From: a virus
DNA length: 64,000 nucleotides
Virus record (IMG/VR): IMGVR_UViG_3300045988_167652
Direction: 5' to 3' (one strand)
This document shows, piece by piece, positions 33,601 to 48,800 of the stretch. The translations under genes and the position numbers were made by a program. Positions within the stretch are counted from its first letter, which is position 1. Each line of letters starts with the position of its first letter. Below the pieces are notes generated by a model. The model ran no database searches, had not been told where the DNA came from, and saw only the letters and a program-made list of their open reading frames with translations.

Positions 33601-36271
33601 TAAGGGAGAAGCACACTCTTTTCTTAATAGTAAAATATTAGCTAATGCAAGAAGATCATCAAATACAGCATATTTTAACTATGAATATATTAATAATAAA
33701 GGAAAACATTTATGTGATTTACCTGTAATAGATAATCAGTTATGGAATGATGAAGGACAAGTTTTACTTAAACTAAAAAGTCCTAATGATATAAAAAACA
33801 AATATAATTGGTTAATCTATAAAGGTAATGTAGATACAGTCAGTGTAATAGGCTCTGATAATTCAGCAGATTATGTGGGATATGGAACAAGTGATATTAT
33901 TTAGTAGATAGATGATTATGTGGAAGGAAGTACAGATAAAGGAGATTTATCTCATGTACTTTATAGACCATTAAACGATGTAGCTATACAGGATAGCAGA
34001 TGGAATTTAAGAGATGGTTATCATTTTAAAGCTATTGAAGGTAGATTATTCCCTATAAAAGGTAGGTATCCTTTATGTATATCAAAGAGATATTTAGAAT
34101 TTTCTACTAATATATTGAGATCAGAAGACCCATAGATTAATGATTCTTATTCAGATAATTCATTTCAAAACAGTATTATTAAAAGTCAGTCATCTATTCT
34201 TGAAACATTGGCTTCAGTAAGGGTTAATAAAAGATGGGGTAATAATGGTAGGAATGGTGGTGATATATATGCTAAAAGAAGTGCTCAGTATTGTTATACA
34301 GATGGTGTAGGAAGAACACCACATTTAAATTTAGGAGACGGTTTAATATCAAATATTTTATATAGTAATAAACCCGTACAGATTAAATATAAATCAAATT
34401 CTCATATGGTATCCGTATTAGATACTAAAGAACATAAACAATTTACTCTTCCTTCAATTATAAATAATACAAATGAGGTATCCGTATGGTCTGATGAAAG
34501 TATAAAATTCGGTACTCATTTAGTTGCTAATTATCCTGAAGACATTGAAAACAGTATAACTAATTTCTTTACTTTTTGGGATGATAAATATAAAGGAATA
34601 GATAAAAAATATATTAATGTTTCTTAGGCTATTAATGGAACTTCAGAATTAGCCGATCCTTCTTTAGGTTATTCAATTACTGATGTAAAAAATAATTTTA
34701 ATGGAGAAGAATGGGAATTTGATCATATAAGAACTATTGGTTATGGTTATTTATGGATGGGTGAATATTATAGACACCCTCCACATAAACTATCAAATTT
34801 ATTTGGTGGAGATAGTGAAGAAGCATTAGCCAATAATAAATGGTATGTTGCAGGAGACAGTGAAAATATTAAAGACGGATTAATAGAATGTACTTTTAAA
34901 GAGGGAGATACTTATTATCAAAGATATGATTGTTTAAAGACTGTTCCACAAAGTGAAGATGATCAGAATAAGATAGTGGAAATATTATCTTTTATGGTAG
35001 AAACAAGAGTTAATATTGATGGTAGATATGATAAAAACAAACATACAACAAAGAATACAATAGTTAGAAACACTAACTTTAACTTAATGAATTCTGCATA
35101 TAATCAGCAAGATAATTTCTTTCCTGTATTTTATCATAATAGTAATTTATATGATACTTCATATTTTCCTTCTTAGCTTATAATTTCAAAAACTAAAAAT
35201 CCAAGTGAACTTGTAGACACATGGTGTAATATAACCTCAGCTAATACTTTAGATTTACTGGGAGATAAAGGAAATATTAAAGCTATTAGAAAGTTTGGTA
35301 ATTCAATACTTGCTTTTCAAGATAGAGCTATAGCTCATATATTATTTAATGAAAGAGTTCAAATACCTGTTAGTGATGGTGTACCTGTAGAAATAAGTAA
35401 TGGTGGAAAGTTACAGGGATATAGATATATTAGTGATAAAGTAGGTACATCTAATAAATGGTCTATTAAAGATACTTCTAAAGGTATTTATTTTATGGAT
35501 AATATGAACAAATCTTTATGTAGATATACTAACACCATAGAAAATTTATCGGAAATAAAAGGATTTGAAAGTTATATGAACTCTTTATATAAAGGTAATC
35601 ATAGACATAATAAATCATGGATACCTTTTAATGGATAGCCTAATACTTTTATCACTTTTTATGACAGTATATTAGGAGATATATACTTTCAAAAAGAAGA
35701 TGAATCATTATGTTTTAGTGAATAGATGGATAGTTTTATGACTTTCTTTGATTATAAAGAAGTGGCTTGGATGGGTAATATATCGGATAATTTAATAGCT
35801 ATAAAAAATTTTGAAGACAGAGTATAGTTATATAATTGTCATAAGGATAACTATTGTAGTTTCTTCAAAGAATGGAATTATGATACTAATACTTATATAG
35901 AAGATAATCATGATTTTTCAGTTTGTATATTAGCTAATCCTGATATGCCTTATGATAAAGTATTCGATACTTTAGAGTGGAGAGCAGACAGTTTTAATGA
36001 GTAGAATGAACTAATAAATAATGAAACATTTAATACTATTATAATAGAAAATGAATATCAAAAAGCCGAATCTATATTATAGTATAAACCTTATGGTAAA
36101 TCAAATCTTTAGAAGAAATTCAGAGTGTGGGGAGCTACTATACCAAGAAAAAACTATATGGAAAGAATAAGAAATACTTGGGCATATATTACTTTAAAAC
36201 ATAAGTATACTTTAGGCTACCCTAATAAGAAAATAGAATTACATGATATTGTTTTATCATATACTGTATAA
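30623..36271 (+). CDS. Very large tail protein (~1882 codons), tail-stabilisation, hub or muzzle type
   Basis: Six track fragments (32495, 32900, 33545, 33920, 34208, 34757) share the frame of ATG 30623. I hand-translated the first ~1.9 kb. N-terminus IRGMQRDASPSKFNKEFAYENRNIRIT ... KVYFVDGKNQARMINI resembles phage stabilisation or tail-hub proteins. Confidence 0.7.
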
Positions 36272-36293
36272 TAACTTATAATAGATTACCACT

Positions 36294-38342
36294 ATGAAAA
36301 AACTAAATAAAGGTAAGAACATAAAAAACATAAAAGATAATTTTCATAATAACCAAAACAGTTTTAAGTTTGGTGGAATAGCTAATGTGGGAGTACAAGC
36401 TACTGGAGATATTATGACTGGAACTAATGGTAGTTTTGCTGAAACAAAAGGATATGAAGATTAGTTTAATCAAGAATTAAATAATATAAGAAGTCAATCA
36501 TTAAATAACCTTGAATTTAATAGTACTTCAGATATTATGAATTATAATTTATCTCCCGTAAGTTATAATGAACTTGATTCTATTAGTAACAATAAATTCT
36601 TTAAAGATTATATAGCTAATGGTATTAAAGGGGCTTAGGTAGGCTCAGCAGCTGGTCCTTGGGGAGCATTAATAGGAGCTGGAGTAGCATAGATTAAAGG
36701 AGGATTATTTAATTGGTATAATAGAAACAGAAATAGAAGATTCAATGATAAATTAGCAAGTGAAGCTAATTATATTAATCAGTTAAATCGTAAAGTATAT
36801 GATAGAGAAATACAAGATTTTAAAATAAATCAAAGTATGAAAGAATTACTTAATATAGCAGCTATGGGAGGAAAATTAGATATAAAAGATAAAGATATGA
36901 ATAAAGAAAATAAGTTACCTGATGATTTTAGTAATGGTGTAACTGTTATTAAAAATGGTGGAACACATGAAAATAATCCTTTAGGAGGAGTACCTTAGGG
37001 AATAGGTGAAAATGGCAAGTAGAATGTAGTAGAAGAAGGAGAAGTAAAGTATAATGATTATATATTCAGTAATAGAATAGTTGCTGATAAACTCCTTCTT
37101 AAATAGTTAGGACTAACTGATAAATATGAAGATTCTACCTATGCTTACATAGCTGATAAACTATCAAAAGAAAGTAATGAAAGACCTAATGATCCTATTA
37201 GTATAAGAGGACTTGAAAATACTTTAGGTAAATTAAGGGTAGCTTAGGAAATGTAGAAATTAAAAATTGAAGCTAAAGAAAAAGGTATTACTGTACAACA
37301 ATTAATACAGGAAAAAGTTAATCAAGCAATGGAATAGAGTAATACCGATCAAAACAATGTTAATCAAACTAATGAAGATAATACTGAAAATCAAAACACA
37401 TTTGCTACTGGTGGAGATACTACTAAAGGATTAAAATATGATCCTAATTTAGGATTTATGATTCCCGAAATTACTAAAGAAGCTCCTTATATTAATAGAA
37501 AACCTTATTATCTTCCTGTAAATTATAGTAACATAAATTCATTAGTACCGAACCAACTTACAACAAATCTCCCAACCTCCCAACCTTCAAAATTATCAGA
37601 TTTAAATAGTGCTTTACAAACTTATGTAAATAAGAATAGTAGTAATAAATTAAATACTGTGACAAATAATAATAAAGTTAATGTAGGAGATTTAACTTCA
37701 TTACTTAGGTATGCTCCTGTATTAGCAAGTATGAATGCTTTAGTTTCTTAGTAGAAACCTAATTATAAATATGCTAAAATGGCAGGAGAAGCAGGTACTA
37801 CCATATCTCCTAAAATTAATAGTACTTATAGTCCTTTCAAAGCATTAAGTACTTATGAACCTATGAATAAAATATTAGCTAATAGTTAGGCAACTGATAG
37901 AAATATTATAAATACAAGTGGAGGAAATAGATATGCAGCTACAGCAGGATTACTTTCAAATGCTTATAATACTAATAGAGCTATAGGAGATGTATATAAT
38001 AAAGCTGAGGAATATAATTATAATAGATTATTAGATGTTATACAAAGAAATAATACTTTGAAACAACACGAGTCAAATCTTAATTTTTATGCAGATTAGT
38101 ATAATTCAAAATTATAGCAGAGTAGAGATATGGCTAAATTAGGTATTATGCAGTAGATTGATGATGCTTATAATTAGGCAAAAACAGCTAATCTAAATAA
38201 CTTAACTCAGAATCTGTATAATATAGGAGAAGAAGCATATACTGCTAATCAAATAAAAAGTAATCCTGCTTTTTATTATGATTTGAATCCTTTTACAGGA
38301 ACATAGAAATATAAGAAAAATAGAATTAAAGCAAGTAAATAA
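36294..38342 (+). CDS. Internal virion or tail protein (682 codons)
   Basis: In frame with track ORF 37458-37751; hand-checked 36294-37460. Gly/Ala-rich hydrophobic patch (VGSAAGPWGALIGAGVA). Many in-frame TAGs. Confidence 0.65.
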
Positions 38343-38368
38343 TAATAATAGTATAATTATTGATTGAT

Positions 38369-40423
38369 ATGATAAATTATAATCCTATAAATACAGTAGT
38401 ATTTAAGCCAAGAACTTATTAGGAGATGGCAACTCCTATTATGCAGGCTACATAGGCACATCAAGATATAGAAAATCAGTTGGCTGATTTAGCAATGAAA
38501 TCAGGTTAGTGGAAACATGTTTTATCAAAAGAAGATGATCCTGAAACTTATTTAAAGTATAATAACTATATAAAAAGATTGAATGAATCTATAGATTAGT
38601 TATAGTAGAACGGATTAAATTAGGCTTCAAGAAGAAGTTTATTAGATTCCAGACAAGGGTATTCTACAGATATTCTTCCTATAGAAACTTCATTTAAAAG
38701 AAGAAAAGAATACTATGATGAGCTTAGAAAAATGAAAGCTCAAGACCCTACTGTAATGACTAATTATAATAAGTTAAGTATAGATAATCTTATTAATAAT
38801 CCTGATTTTAATCCTTAGTATATTAGTGGAGCTAAAGTAACTGCTTTAGTAGAAAATCAAGCTAAGAAATTAGCTAATGAATTAAAAAGTAAACCTGGAT
38901 AGTTACTTCCTACAGATAATAAATATTTCTTGATGGAATATATTAAAAGAGGATATAGTGCAAATGAGATTGCTAAAGTTATTATGAATGATGAAAAAGC
39001 AAGTCCTATACTTAAAGGAATAAGAGACAATGTATTAAATAGTTTAGGTATAAATGAATGGTCAAGTATAGATAATACTTGGGATAAAGATACCTTTACT
39101 AAAAGTATAGGAAGTTATGCTGACAGTGGTTTATATGCTGCTATAGGCAATGAAGATTATAAATTACATCAAGACCCTTATCAAATGGCTTTATTAAGTG
39201 ATTGGTTAGATTCAAGAAAATAGGCAAGACAATTAGCAAGACAATCAAACAATAGAGGTAGAGGAAATAATAATAATAACAATAATACTGAACCAAAAAC
39301 ATTTGAATTTATATCCAAATTTCCCACTCCTAAATCAGCTAATGCTAAAGATATTTATGATAAATGGGAAAAACTGACTAAGTATGAAAAATATCTTGAA
39401 AATATAGATGATAATACTTTTAATAGAGAAGTGGGTGGAAAAGGTAAAGCAGATGCTTATAAAAAAAGTCTAACCGAAATATTAAAAGAAAAACATCCAT
39501 AGACTTTAGGTAAAACAGCTTTTGGATTAATTCCTGTAATAGGTGGAATAGGATCAGCTATCAATTAGGGATTACCTATATTAGGCACTTCTATAGATTA
39601 TGCGTTGAATAGTGGTAATACTACATCACTTAATGCCAAAAGAGAATTTGGACAGGCTACTAATGAACAAATGGGTGGAGGATTACATTCAGAAAGATAG
39701 AAAGTATTATATAATATCAAACAAAAAAAGAAAGAACTTCAACTTCCTTTCGGTAAAGATTTTGATATGAATAATTTAAAAGACATGAAAGAATTGGCTG
39801 TTTATGATGATTATTATAAACTAAATGCCGAAACATGGAATGAAGATTTTGGTAAGTCTATAGCTTCAAATTTATTGGTACATAATCAAAAAGACAGAGA
39901 TAATAAAACTTCTTCAGGAGTATACTTAGTAGAAAAAGGTAAAAAGAAATCTCCTGTATCTACTAATAATATTGTAAAAGAATTACATAATGGTAAGATT
40001 ATGGGAGTAACTATCAAAGATCAAAATAATATATTTGTATCAATAGCTGATAAAGATGGAACAGTAAAAGATTATAGTTTACCTGTTGAAGGAGTATCAT
40101 CAGCTCCTATAGAATTAATGAGATTAATGAATAAAGGATTTGATCCTAATTTAACTCCTGATGATAGAAATATTAATATAAATCAGGCTGCTAAATTAAT
40201 TGTAGGAAATACTGTTCAGAATTATAATTTTACTGAAGCTAATAACAAACAGTTTGATGCTATGAATACTTCATTAACTACAAATGAAAAAATAAATATT
40301 ATTTATAATTATTTGTCCTCAACAGGATAGTCGGATGAAGATATTAATTATGTAATAAATAATCTTACAAATGATTAGATTGATTAGATTATAGAACAAA
40401 TAATAAGCAGTTCAAATAATTAA
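38369..40423 (+). CDS. Internal virion protein (684 codons)
   Basis: Fragments 38930 and 39767 share the frame of ATG 38369. TAA at 40421. Confidence 0.65.
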
Positions 40424-40434
40424 AATAAGAAGCA

Positions 40435-43400
40435 ATGGATAGAAGAACAATGAATCTTACGGATCATATCAATAAAATAACAGGTCTTGAAGGAAGAGAA
40501 GAATTAGATATAGATAAATTAATTGACAGTCAAGATAAACAATATAAAAATAACAGTTATCTTGAAAGTCTTAAACTAACCAAAAGACCTTATCAAAATG
40601 TCCTTAATGAAAATAATTTAAGGGAAAGTACTCCTATAGAAATTGAAGGTTATGGTAATTCAGTTTATGATGAAAATATTACTTTACCTTCACAACTTAG
40701 CAATATTAATCAAGTAAGATATGATTCTTAGAATGGATTATTATAGTTAGGAGCAGGTATAACTAAAGCAGGAATAATAGGAGTAACCACATGGCTTGAT
40801 GGAATGGTTGGTACTGCTGTAGGAGCTATTTAGGCTATAGGAGATGAAGTATATTCAGATGAAGAACTTGAAAGATTAAATAAACAAGGTGAAGAATAGG
40901 GAGTTCCCGAACATTTAAGAAGAAGAAGAGCTGAAGGAATAGGTGATTTCTTTGGTAAAATATTTAATGGAAATAATCTTGTATCTTATAAACTGAATGA
41001 ACTTAATAAGTGGTCTGAAGAAGCTCTTCCTGTATATAAAAGTGAAGAATATCTAAAGAATGAAGCTGAAGGAAGATGGGATAAAAATGTATTCAGTACA
41101 TCTTTTATAGGAGATAATCTTATAAAAAATATGGGATTTATGGTAGGTGCAGGATTATCTGCTAAAGGAGTTTCTTCAGTAGCTTCAAAAACACTTGGAC
41201 TTAATAGAGCAAGGAATGCTTTTAAAGGTGCTGTAGCTTTATTAGATAAAGGATTAGATGCTGAACAAACTTATAAAGCATTATTAAATGGTAAAGGAGT
41301 AATAAATGGTGTAAAACTTACTGATGAATTGGCTAAACAAGCTAAAATAATTCATACAAAAGGATTACTTACAAGTACTGTTGGAAGTATAGCTGGAGCT
41401 ATAGGAGAATCAAGAATTGAAGCAATAGATGGTTCAGAAGAATGGGCTAATAATGCTATACAGGAACTTGAAAACTCTAAACAAGATATGATATTTAAAG
41501 AACTTCGTAATATGCAGTAGAATAGTCCTGAATACTTTGATGAATATGGTAATATAACTGATGAAGGTAGAGAAGCTATTAATAATAGAGTATAGGAGCA
41601 GTATGATTCAGCACTTGAAAAAATACAAAAAACAAGGGCTTAGGTAGCTAATTAGATATTTATAGGTAATGCAGCATTATTATCTGTAGGAGATTTTTTA
41701 CAGTGGGGTAAATTTCTTAGAGGTGGATTTAATGTCCCTAAACAAACAAATCATATAGTAAAAAAATTAGCTAACGGTAATTACCAAATATAGAAAACAG
41801 GATTACTAAAAGGAGCTGGTAGAGTATTGGGAAATTCTTTAGTTGAAGGTCATGAAGAAATGGCTTAGGAAGTTATTAAAAACAGCTCACAGTATTTTAA
41901 TAATGGAGTACTAAAAGATTTTACTGGACTTGATTTATCTCCAGAAGGATAGGATTCTGCCGATAATATACTTAGTGCTTATATAAAAGGAATGAATAAT
42001 GTCTGGGGAAGTAAAAATAATTATCAGAATTTCTTTATAGGAGCTATCAGTTCTATGATAGGTATGCCATCAATAAGACTATCTAAAAACAAAAATATTC
42101 CTTTACCTATATTTGAAGGTAATATATATAATAATATTAAAGAGATAGTTTAGGAAAATAAGGATAAAAAAGAAATAGAAACATAGCTTAATAATTGGGT
42201 TAATAACTCAAAAACTAAAGAATATCGTGATGGAATGATTCGTCATATTTCGTTAGCATAGAGAATGGAAGAAGCTGCTATTCAAGATGATAAAATGGGA
42301 TATGAAACTCTTAAACATGCACAAAATGTAAGTGATGCTATTATGTTTGATAATGTAGATAGACTTGATGATTATAAAAGTAATATTCAAGCTATGTAGA
42401 ATCTTACTGATGAAGATATTGAATATATCAGACAGATTAAAACAGATAATGGAACATTATTATATGACAGTAAAACATCTGATGAATAGATAAGAGAAGG
42501 ATTTAAAAGTAAATCGGAAGGTATTTTATAGGATATAGACAGTTATGTAAAAGCTAATCAAGCATTAGAAACTTTAGCTTCTTAGTTATCAAAAAAAGAA
42601 AGAGAATTATTAGTTTATAAATAGAGTTTAATAGATAATCTTGAAAGAAGAAGAAACGAATTAATTGGCAAAGTAAATATATAGTTAGATAATATTACTA
42701 ATAAAGATACAGAAGAAGCAATAGCTATAAAGGAAAGTAATATTTATAAAAATAGAGATGTTAGTATTCCTAAAATCTTTCTATTAGGTAAATTAATAGA
42801 AAATGAAAAAACTAAACAGGCTATAGCAAAATCTTTAAATCCTTTTGAAGTATAGGATTTAATGAGAGATTATTCAGATTTTATAAAGATAGAAAATAAT
42901 AGAAGAAAACTAATAGATGATCTTTTTAAATCGATTAATAATATTGATTTGGTTAAAAAAGAGGTACAAAAGGTAATAGAGAATAAAGAAGAAGAATAGG
43001 ATAAAGTAGCAGCTAAAAAAGTAACTGAACAAATAAATCAAACTAATGATAAAGAAGAAAAGAAAAAAGTAATAGATGATGCTCCTATAGATATAATAGA
43101 ACAGATCGATGAAGAAGATTTTGGTCCAGCTGAACAATTAGCATTAAGAAGACGAAAAAGAATAGATGAAGAAAAGAGTTTTATACCTAAAGTAAATGAA
43201 AAATTAGGTATTGAAGGATACTCTAATGAACATTTAGTATCAGATTTTCATGTTAAAGCCATTGAAAAATTAATAGATTCTGGAGATGCTAATATAATAG
43301 CTAATAATAAAGAAGAAATAAGAGATTTTCTGTATAAAGCAGGTTACAATCCTGATCTTATTGAATAGAATTTAGATATAATATAGAAACTATTAAAGAA

Positions 43401-45870
43401 AATAGTAGATAAATCAGCTCTTTCTTTATAGGCTAATGATATGCTTAAATAGCAGGATATAGAAAATGAAGCTAATAGACAGAAATAGGAAGAAAAAGAA
43501 TTAAAATCAGAAATTGAAAAAACTGCTGAAACACTTGAAAAAGTTGAAAAACAAGAAAGAGAAAGACTACAAAAAGAAATCGATGATACAGTAAGAAGTA
43601 ATCCTACTTTAGGAGAAAAAATAGATAGGGAAAATATAACTTTTGAAGAAGTGGAAGAGTTTGATTAGGTTGGTAATATTCCTAATCAAGTAGAAGAATA
43701 GAAATCACTTAATCTAAGAATAGGATTATCAAGAAATAGTTTAGATAGAGAAGGGTATGAATCACTTAGTGAAGCATATAAAACAAGATAGATTTATGAA
43801 AACTTGGATAACTTAGATTTAAATGATTAGGAAATATTTATTTTTACTGATGGATTTACATTAGCTAAAAATGAAGAAGGTAAATATGTTCCTGTGGAAA
43901 CTCCTAATAAGATTGAAGGAGATTATTTCAGTAAAGAAACTATTAAACCTACTATATGGATAGCTACAGAAATTAATGGTAAGATATATTATTTAGGAAG
44001 TATAAATGTAAGTAGTCTTGAAAAAGTTGATCCTTATTTTAAAGGTAAAGTAAAAGAGTTATTTGATAGCTTTAATGAGGATAAAAAATATCATAGAGTT
44101 ACATTTAAAAAAGATGAAGTATAGATTACTCCTATAGTAAGATATCAAAATAATAATAAAGAAAAAGCAATTACTAAAGAAGAAATATCATCCTTAACCA
44201 AAGATAATCATCCTCCTATACTTACAGTAGTTAAAGGAGCTAAATTTGTAGGATTAAAGAAAGAACATAAAAGAACTCCTATTAAATTCAGTGATAAAAC
44301 AGGTAGGGAAGGAGCAGTGTATTTATGGTTATATGATAAACATTCGGATAAATATGTTCCCATGTTAATGAGAAGAAGAAGTGTCAATGAAATACTTTCA
44401 AACAGTAAAACAGCTTTGGAAGATTTAAAAAACAGTACTTTATTTAAATCATTTAGGAATGCTTTTGACACTTCATTTAAGAAATTCTTAACTGATTCAG
44501 CTACTAAAAGAGATAATAAATTATATATAGATAACTTTAAAGCATTGATGGATAAATTAAATCAAATCTTTGTTTTAAAAAGTGATGATCCATCAAGAAG
44601 AATTAGAATTTCTTATTCTAATGAGCCTAATGTTCCTAATACAGGATATTTAGTTATTACTAATGATACTAAAGGACAAGATAAATTCTTAGTTCCTACT
44701 ATGTCTTTTACAGTAGATAAAGATGGTAATATAGCTAATTATGAAGAATTAGTAGATAATATATTAAAAGCTATACTTACTATTAATCCTTTAATACAGG
44801 TATCTAATAATGAAGTACTACTTAATAATAACAATGAATCTTATTTAAATAGGTTAGTAGAAACAAACGTATTGACTACTAATCTTGAAAATGGGTTACA
44901 GGTAGAAGAAATTTATTTATCTTTGCAAGACAAACAAAAAAAAGAAAAAAGGAAAGAACAAATTAAAAAAGAGAATGAAAAGATAGATAACCTTTATGGT
45001 AAAACAAATACCGAATCTACTATTAATGAATCTCAAGAATCATAGAAAATCAAAGACTTTTTAAATAGTGATAAATATGAAGGAGATTATGATATATTTC
45101 ATGAAACATCCTTTTTAATATCTATGATGAAGCCTGTAATGTTAGAATTAGGTAAACCGTTTACAGTTGAAAATATAGAATTACAGGATAAAGGTAAATG
45201 GGGAGTATATAATTTAACCTTAGATACTAAAGGATAGTTAAACATAGAATATATAAAACCTTTAGATGAATCTATAAGTGGAACATTAACTACCGAAACA
45301 ACTTAGAACTTATCCCCCCAACCCCAACAACAAACAAATACATCTATCAAAGAAAGTAAAGAAAGTACTGTAGAAAATAAATCGAATAATAAACTTATAG
45401 AAAAAACAGATGAAGAATTATCTTAGGAGTTTGAAGATTTATTTGGTGAAGAATCATTAATACCTATAGTTTCAACTGCTTTAGTAGAATAGAAAACCAA
45501 AGAAAAAAGTGGTAATAATGAAGATAAGAAAGGTGGGAATTAGGGGGTAGGTTCTTAGCATAAAGAAAACCACATAACTAATGTATCAGAAAAGATGAGT
45601 GAAATTAAATTCAATTCTATAAATAAAAATAAAGTTGTTATATCTACTAAATATTTTGATATTGAAAATAATAATGGAAATACAAGTATTACATTAAAAG
45701 AAGATATTAATCCTACAGATAAAACTAAAGATATAATAGGTTCAATATTAAAAGAAATATCTTAGACAGATATGTAGAAATTATCAAGTAATAGTATAAA
45801 TAAAGAAAAAATAAATATAGAATAGAAATTAAATGCACTTATTCAAGATATTGAAAATTATAAATGTTAA
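40435..45870 (+). CDS. Large internal, ejection or cargo-type protein (1811 codons)
   Basis: Fragments 40435, 41131, 43894 and 44317 share a frame. I hand-translated from 41520 to the end and found only TAG interruptions. Gly-zipper hydrophobic segments and long coiled coils. Confidence 0.7.
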
Positions 45871-45891
45871 TTATAAATTAAATATTATATT

Positions 45892-48800
45892 ATGGCACAA
45901 TGTATAACCATAACTGATGAAGATTATAATAAAATAGCTTCAATCTTTAGTAAATACAATTTGAACATATCTAAACTTACTGCTTAGAAGTTAGTAAGTA
46001 TGATTATGACAGAAAAGAAAGAACTTTTTAATGGTAGTAATTTACCTTCAGAAAGAGAGTTACTTAACTTCTATTATAATCATAATGCTTTTCAAAAAGA
46101 AGTAATCCCTATTAAAGGCTACATAAAACTAAATGAGCAGAAAGAAATAATGTAGCTGAGAGATACTAATACTTATGAAGCTATCAAGTATTTAGCTACT
46201 AAAGATTCTATGTATAAACCTTTATTTGAATTACTTTCAAAAGAATCTTTTAAAGATTATTTTTCAGCTATTGATTTTAATATTATATCTCCTGAAAGAT
46301 ATTCGGGATTTTATAATAATCCAAGACATAGAGGATTTGGATATGGTAGATATGAAGCAGTTTCATCTTATTCAAAAGGAGGTAACGGAATAATTACTAT
46401 TAATGGTAATTATAGTTATTCATCTATGGAAGGAATATATCATACTTTAGCTGAAGAAATTATACATGCAGCTACTGTAAATGCCCTTAATTGGGAAGAA
46501 AACGGTGAGATTAAAAAGGGATTTGAATAGATTATTAAAGTATATAACAATTATTCAAAAGATAAATTCTTTAAGAGATTTGAAGGGGATAATTATGTAG
46601 AAGAATTTATAGCAGCCGTATTTCATCATCCTGAAATTGCACAAAGATTAAATGAAATAAGAGATGAAAAGAGTAAAACATTTTGGGAAAAAATTAAAGA
46701 TTATTTTAATAGAATCTTTAATAGTATCTTTAAAAGAATGTCTGGAGAAAAAGTAAAAGATGATTCTTTACTTGCAAGATTTGGTTCAGGATTATAGTTT
46801 TTATTTGATAATATAGAAAATAAAGGTATAGTAAAATTAACAGGTAAAACATATAATAAAAAGAAAGATGCTGCTGAAAATGCTATCGAAAGAATTAAAG
46901 AAGTTCTTTTGGAATATGGTATTAAGAATAATCAAAATCAAAATAAAGCTATTATAAAAGAAGGGGATACTTATACTGCTAATGCTCATATTATATATGA
47001 AGAATTTATTAACAGTACATTCAATAAAACTGAAAAAGGTATTTATCCTTTATCATTCTTCTTAGGTAATCTGTCAAGAAAACAAATATTTAAAAATGTA
47101 TTTGACTATGTGAATTTCCTTATAGGTAAAGAAGATGCTCTTTAGGATATATCCGAAGAACTTTCTTATGAAGAAAGATAGAATATGGCTACTGTATAGT
47201 CATTAATTTCTTCAGGAAGACTTTAGGGAGATACTCAAGATTTACTTTAGGCTTACAAATTTATTAATAGTATAAATAATTTAGATAGTATTTATACTCC
47301 TAAACAACAAAGACAAATCAGTAAGTCTATCTTTAGTATGTTTGAAAAGAAAGTTCAAGCTATTTTAGAAAGTGAGTTGGAAGAATATCAAAATAAAATA
47401 GATAATGCTGAAAAAGAAAAAGATAAAAAAAGATTTCAAAGAATCTATAATAAGTTATCTCCTGCAAATATAATTTAGTATAGAGGAGTAGACCCAATTC
47501 TTCAAAGTATTAAGAATGATTTAATATCTGCATACAGTAAGAAAATGTATCTTATTGATTCTATAGGATCATATACTACAGATAAACAAGAAAGAGTAAG
47601 ATTATACAAAGAAGCTATTTCCAAAGAAAATATTCAAGATACAGATATACCTGAATTTCTTAAAAGAATTATTCTTTACAACAAAGAAAACTATGAAAAT
47701 ATTATTAATAGCTTTGAAACATTAAAGTTATATACTTATCAAAATATTAAATACATCTATGGTGGAAATCTTAGAATAACTAATAATCCTATTAATGAAT
47801 TGGATGAACAGGGTAAAGAAGATATTGATAAAGAAACACAGACTAATGAATCTTTTAGAGTAAATTTTTTAACTGTTTCAGCTTATGATAATCTTACGGA
47901 AAAAGTAAGAAAACTATTATTTACTATTCCTGAATATCGTTTTAATGGTATTACTTATGAACCTATGATTGATATGTTAGGTTATCCTTCACATATTAAT
48001 TCAAGTATGGCTTATAAAGTAATTATTGATACAGTATATGATTCATATGATATGAATGATATGATGTTTAAACTTGAACAGTTATCAAATAGAAAAGACG
48101 GTAATTATTATTGGGTAAAATATATCATTGATAAGTTAAATAATGATTAGGATTCATAGAAACAGTTCTATAAAAACTTTAGAAAAACATTATAGAATTA
48201 TGTAGTTCAGACAGTAAAGAATGGAGTATTAATAAGTCAATCTGCTAATAAATCTATCGGTGGTAAATTCAAGGCTTTAGATATACAAAATAATATAGTT
48301 ACAGGATAGCAATTTGCTGGTGAAGATACTGTATATAATAGTGAAGGTATTATAGAAGTAGAAAAACTTGATAATATTTACTTAAAAGTAAATGAATTAT
48401 TAAGTGATTACATACAATAGGGAGAATCTGTAGAAGCATTATGGGAATTTTTAAATAATGAAGAGAATAGAAACAAACTTGAATTATGTTTTAAAGCTGT
48501 AGGAGTTTTAATAGATGTAGATCAGTTAACTTATAATCTACAACAACAATCTGATCCTTCAAAAGTATTTAGTGAAATACTTGAAAGACTTAGTCATATT
48601 ACTAATAGTTCTTCCTATTATAATAAGAATAAAGATACTTTTGAACTAAATAAATTATGGGAAAATAATGTTGGGGCTTATACAAGAATAGCTCATTTAG
48701 TTATTGATTAGGAAGCTACATCATTTGATCCTTCAGTAAGACAACAAAATAAAACTTACTATGGATATACTGAATCTTCTTATTTTGATTCAGTAATAAG

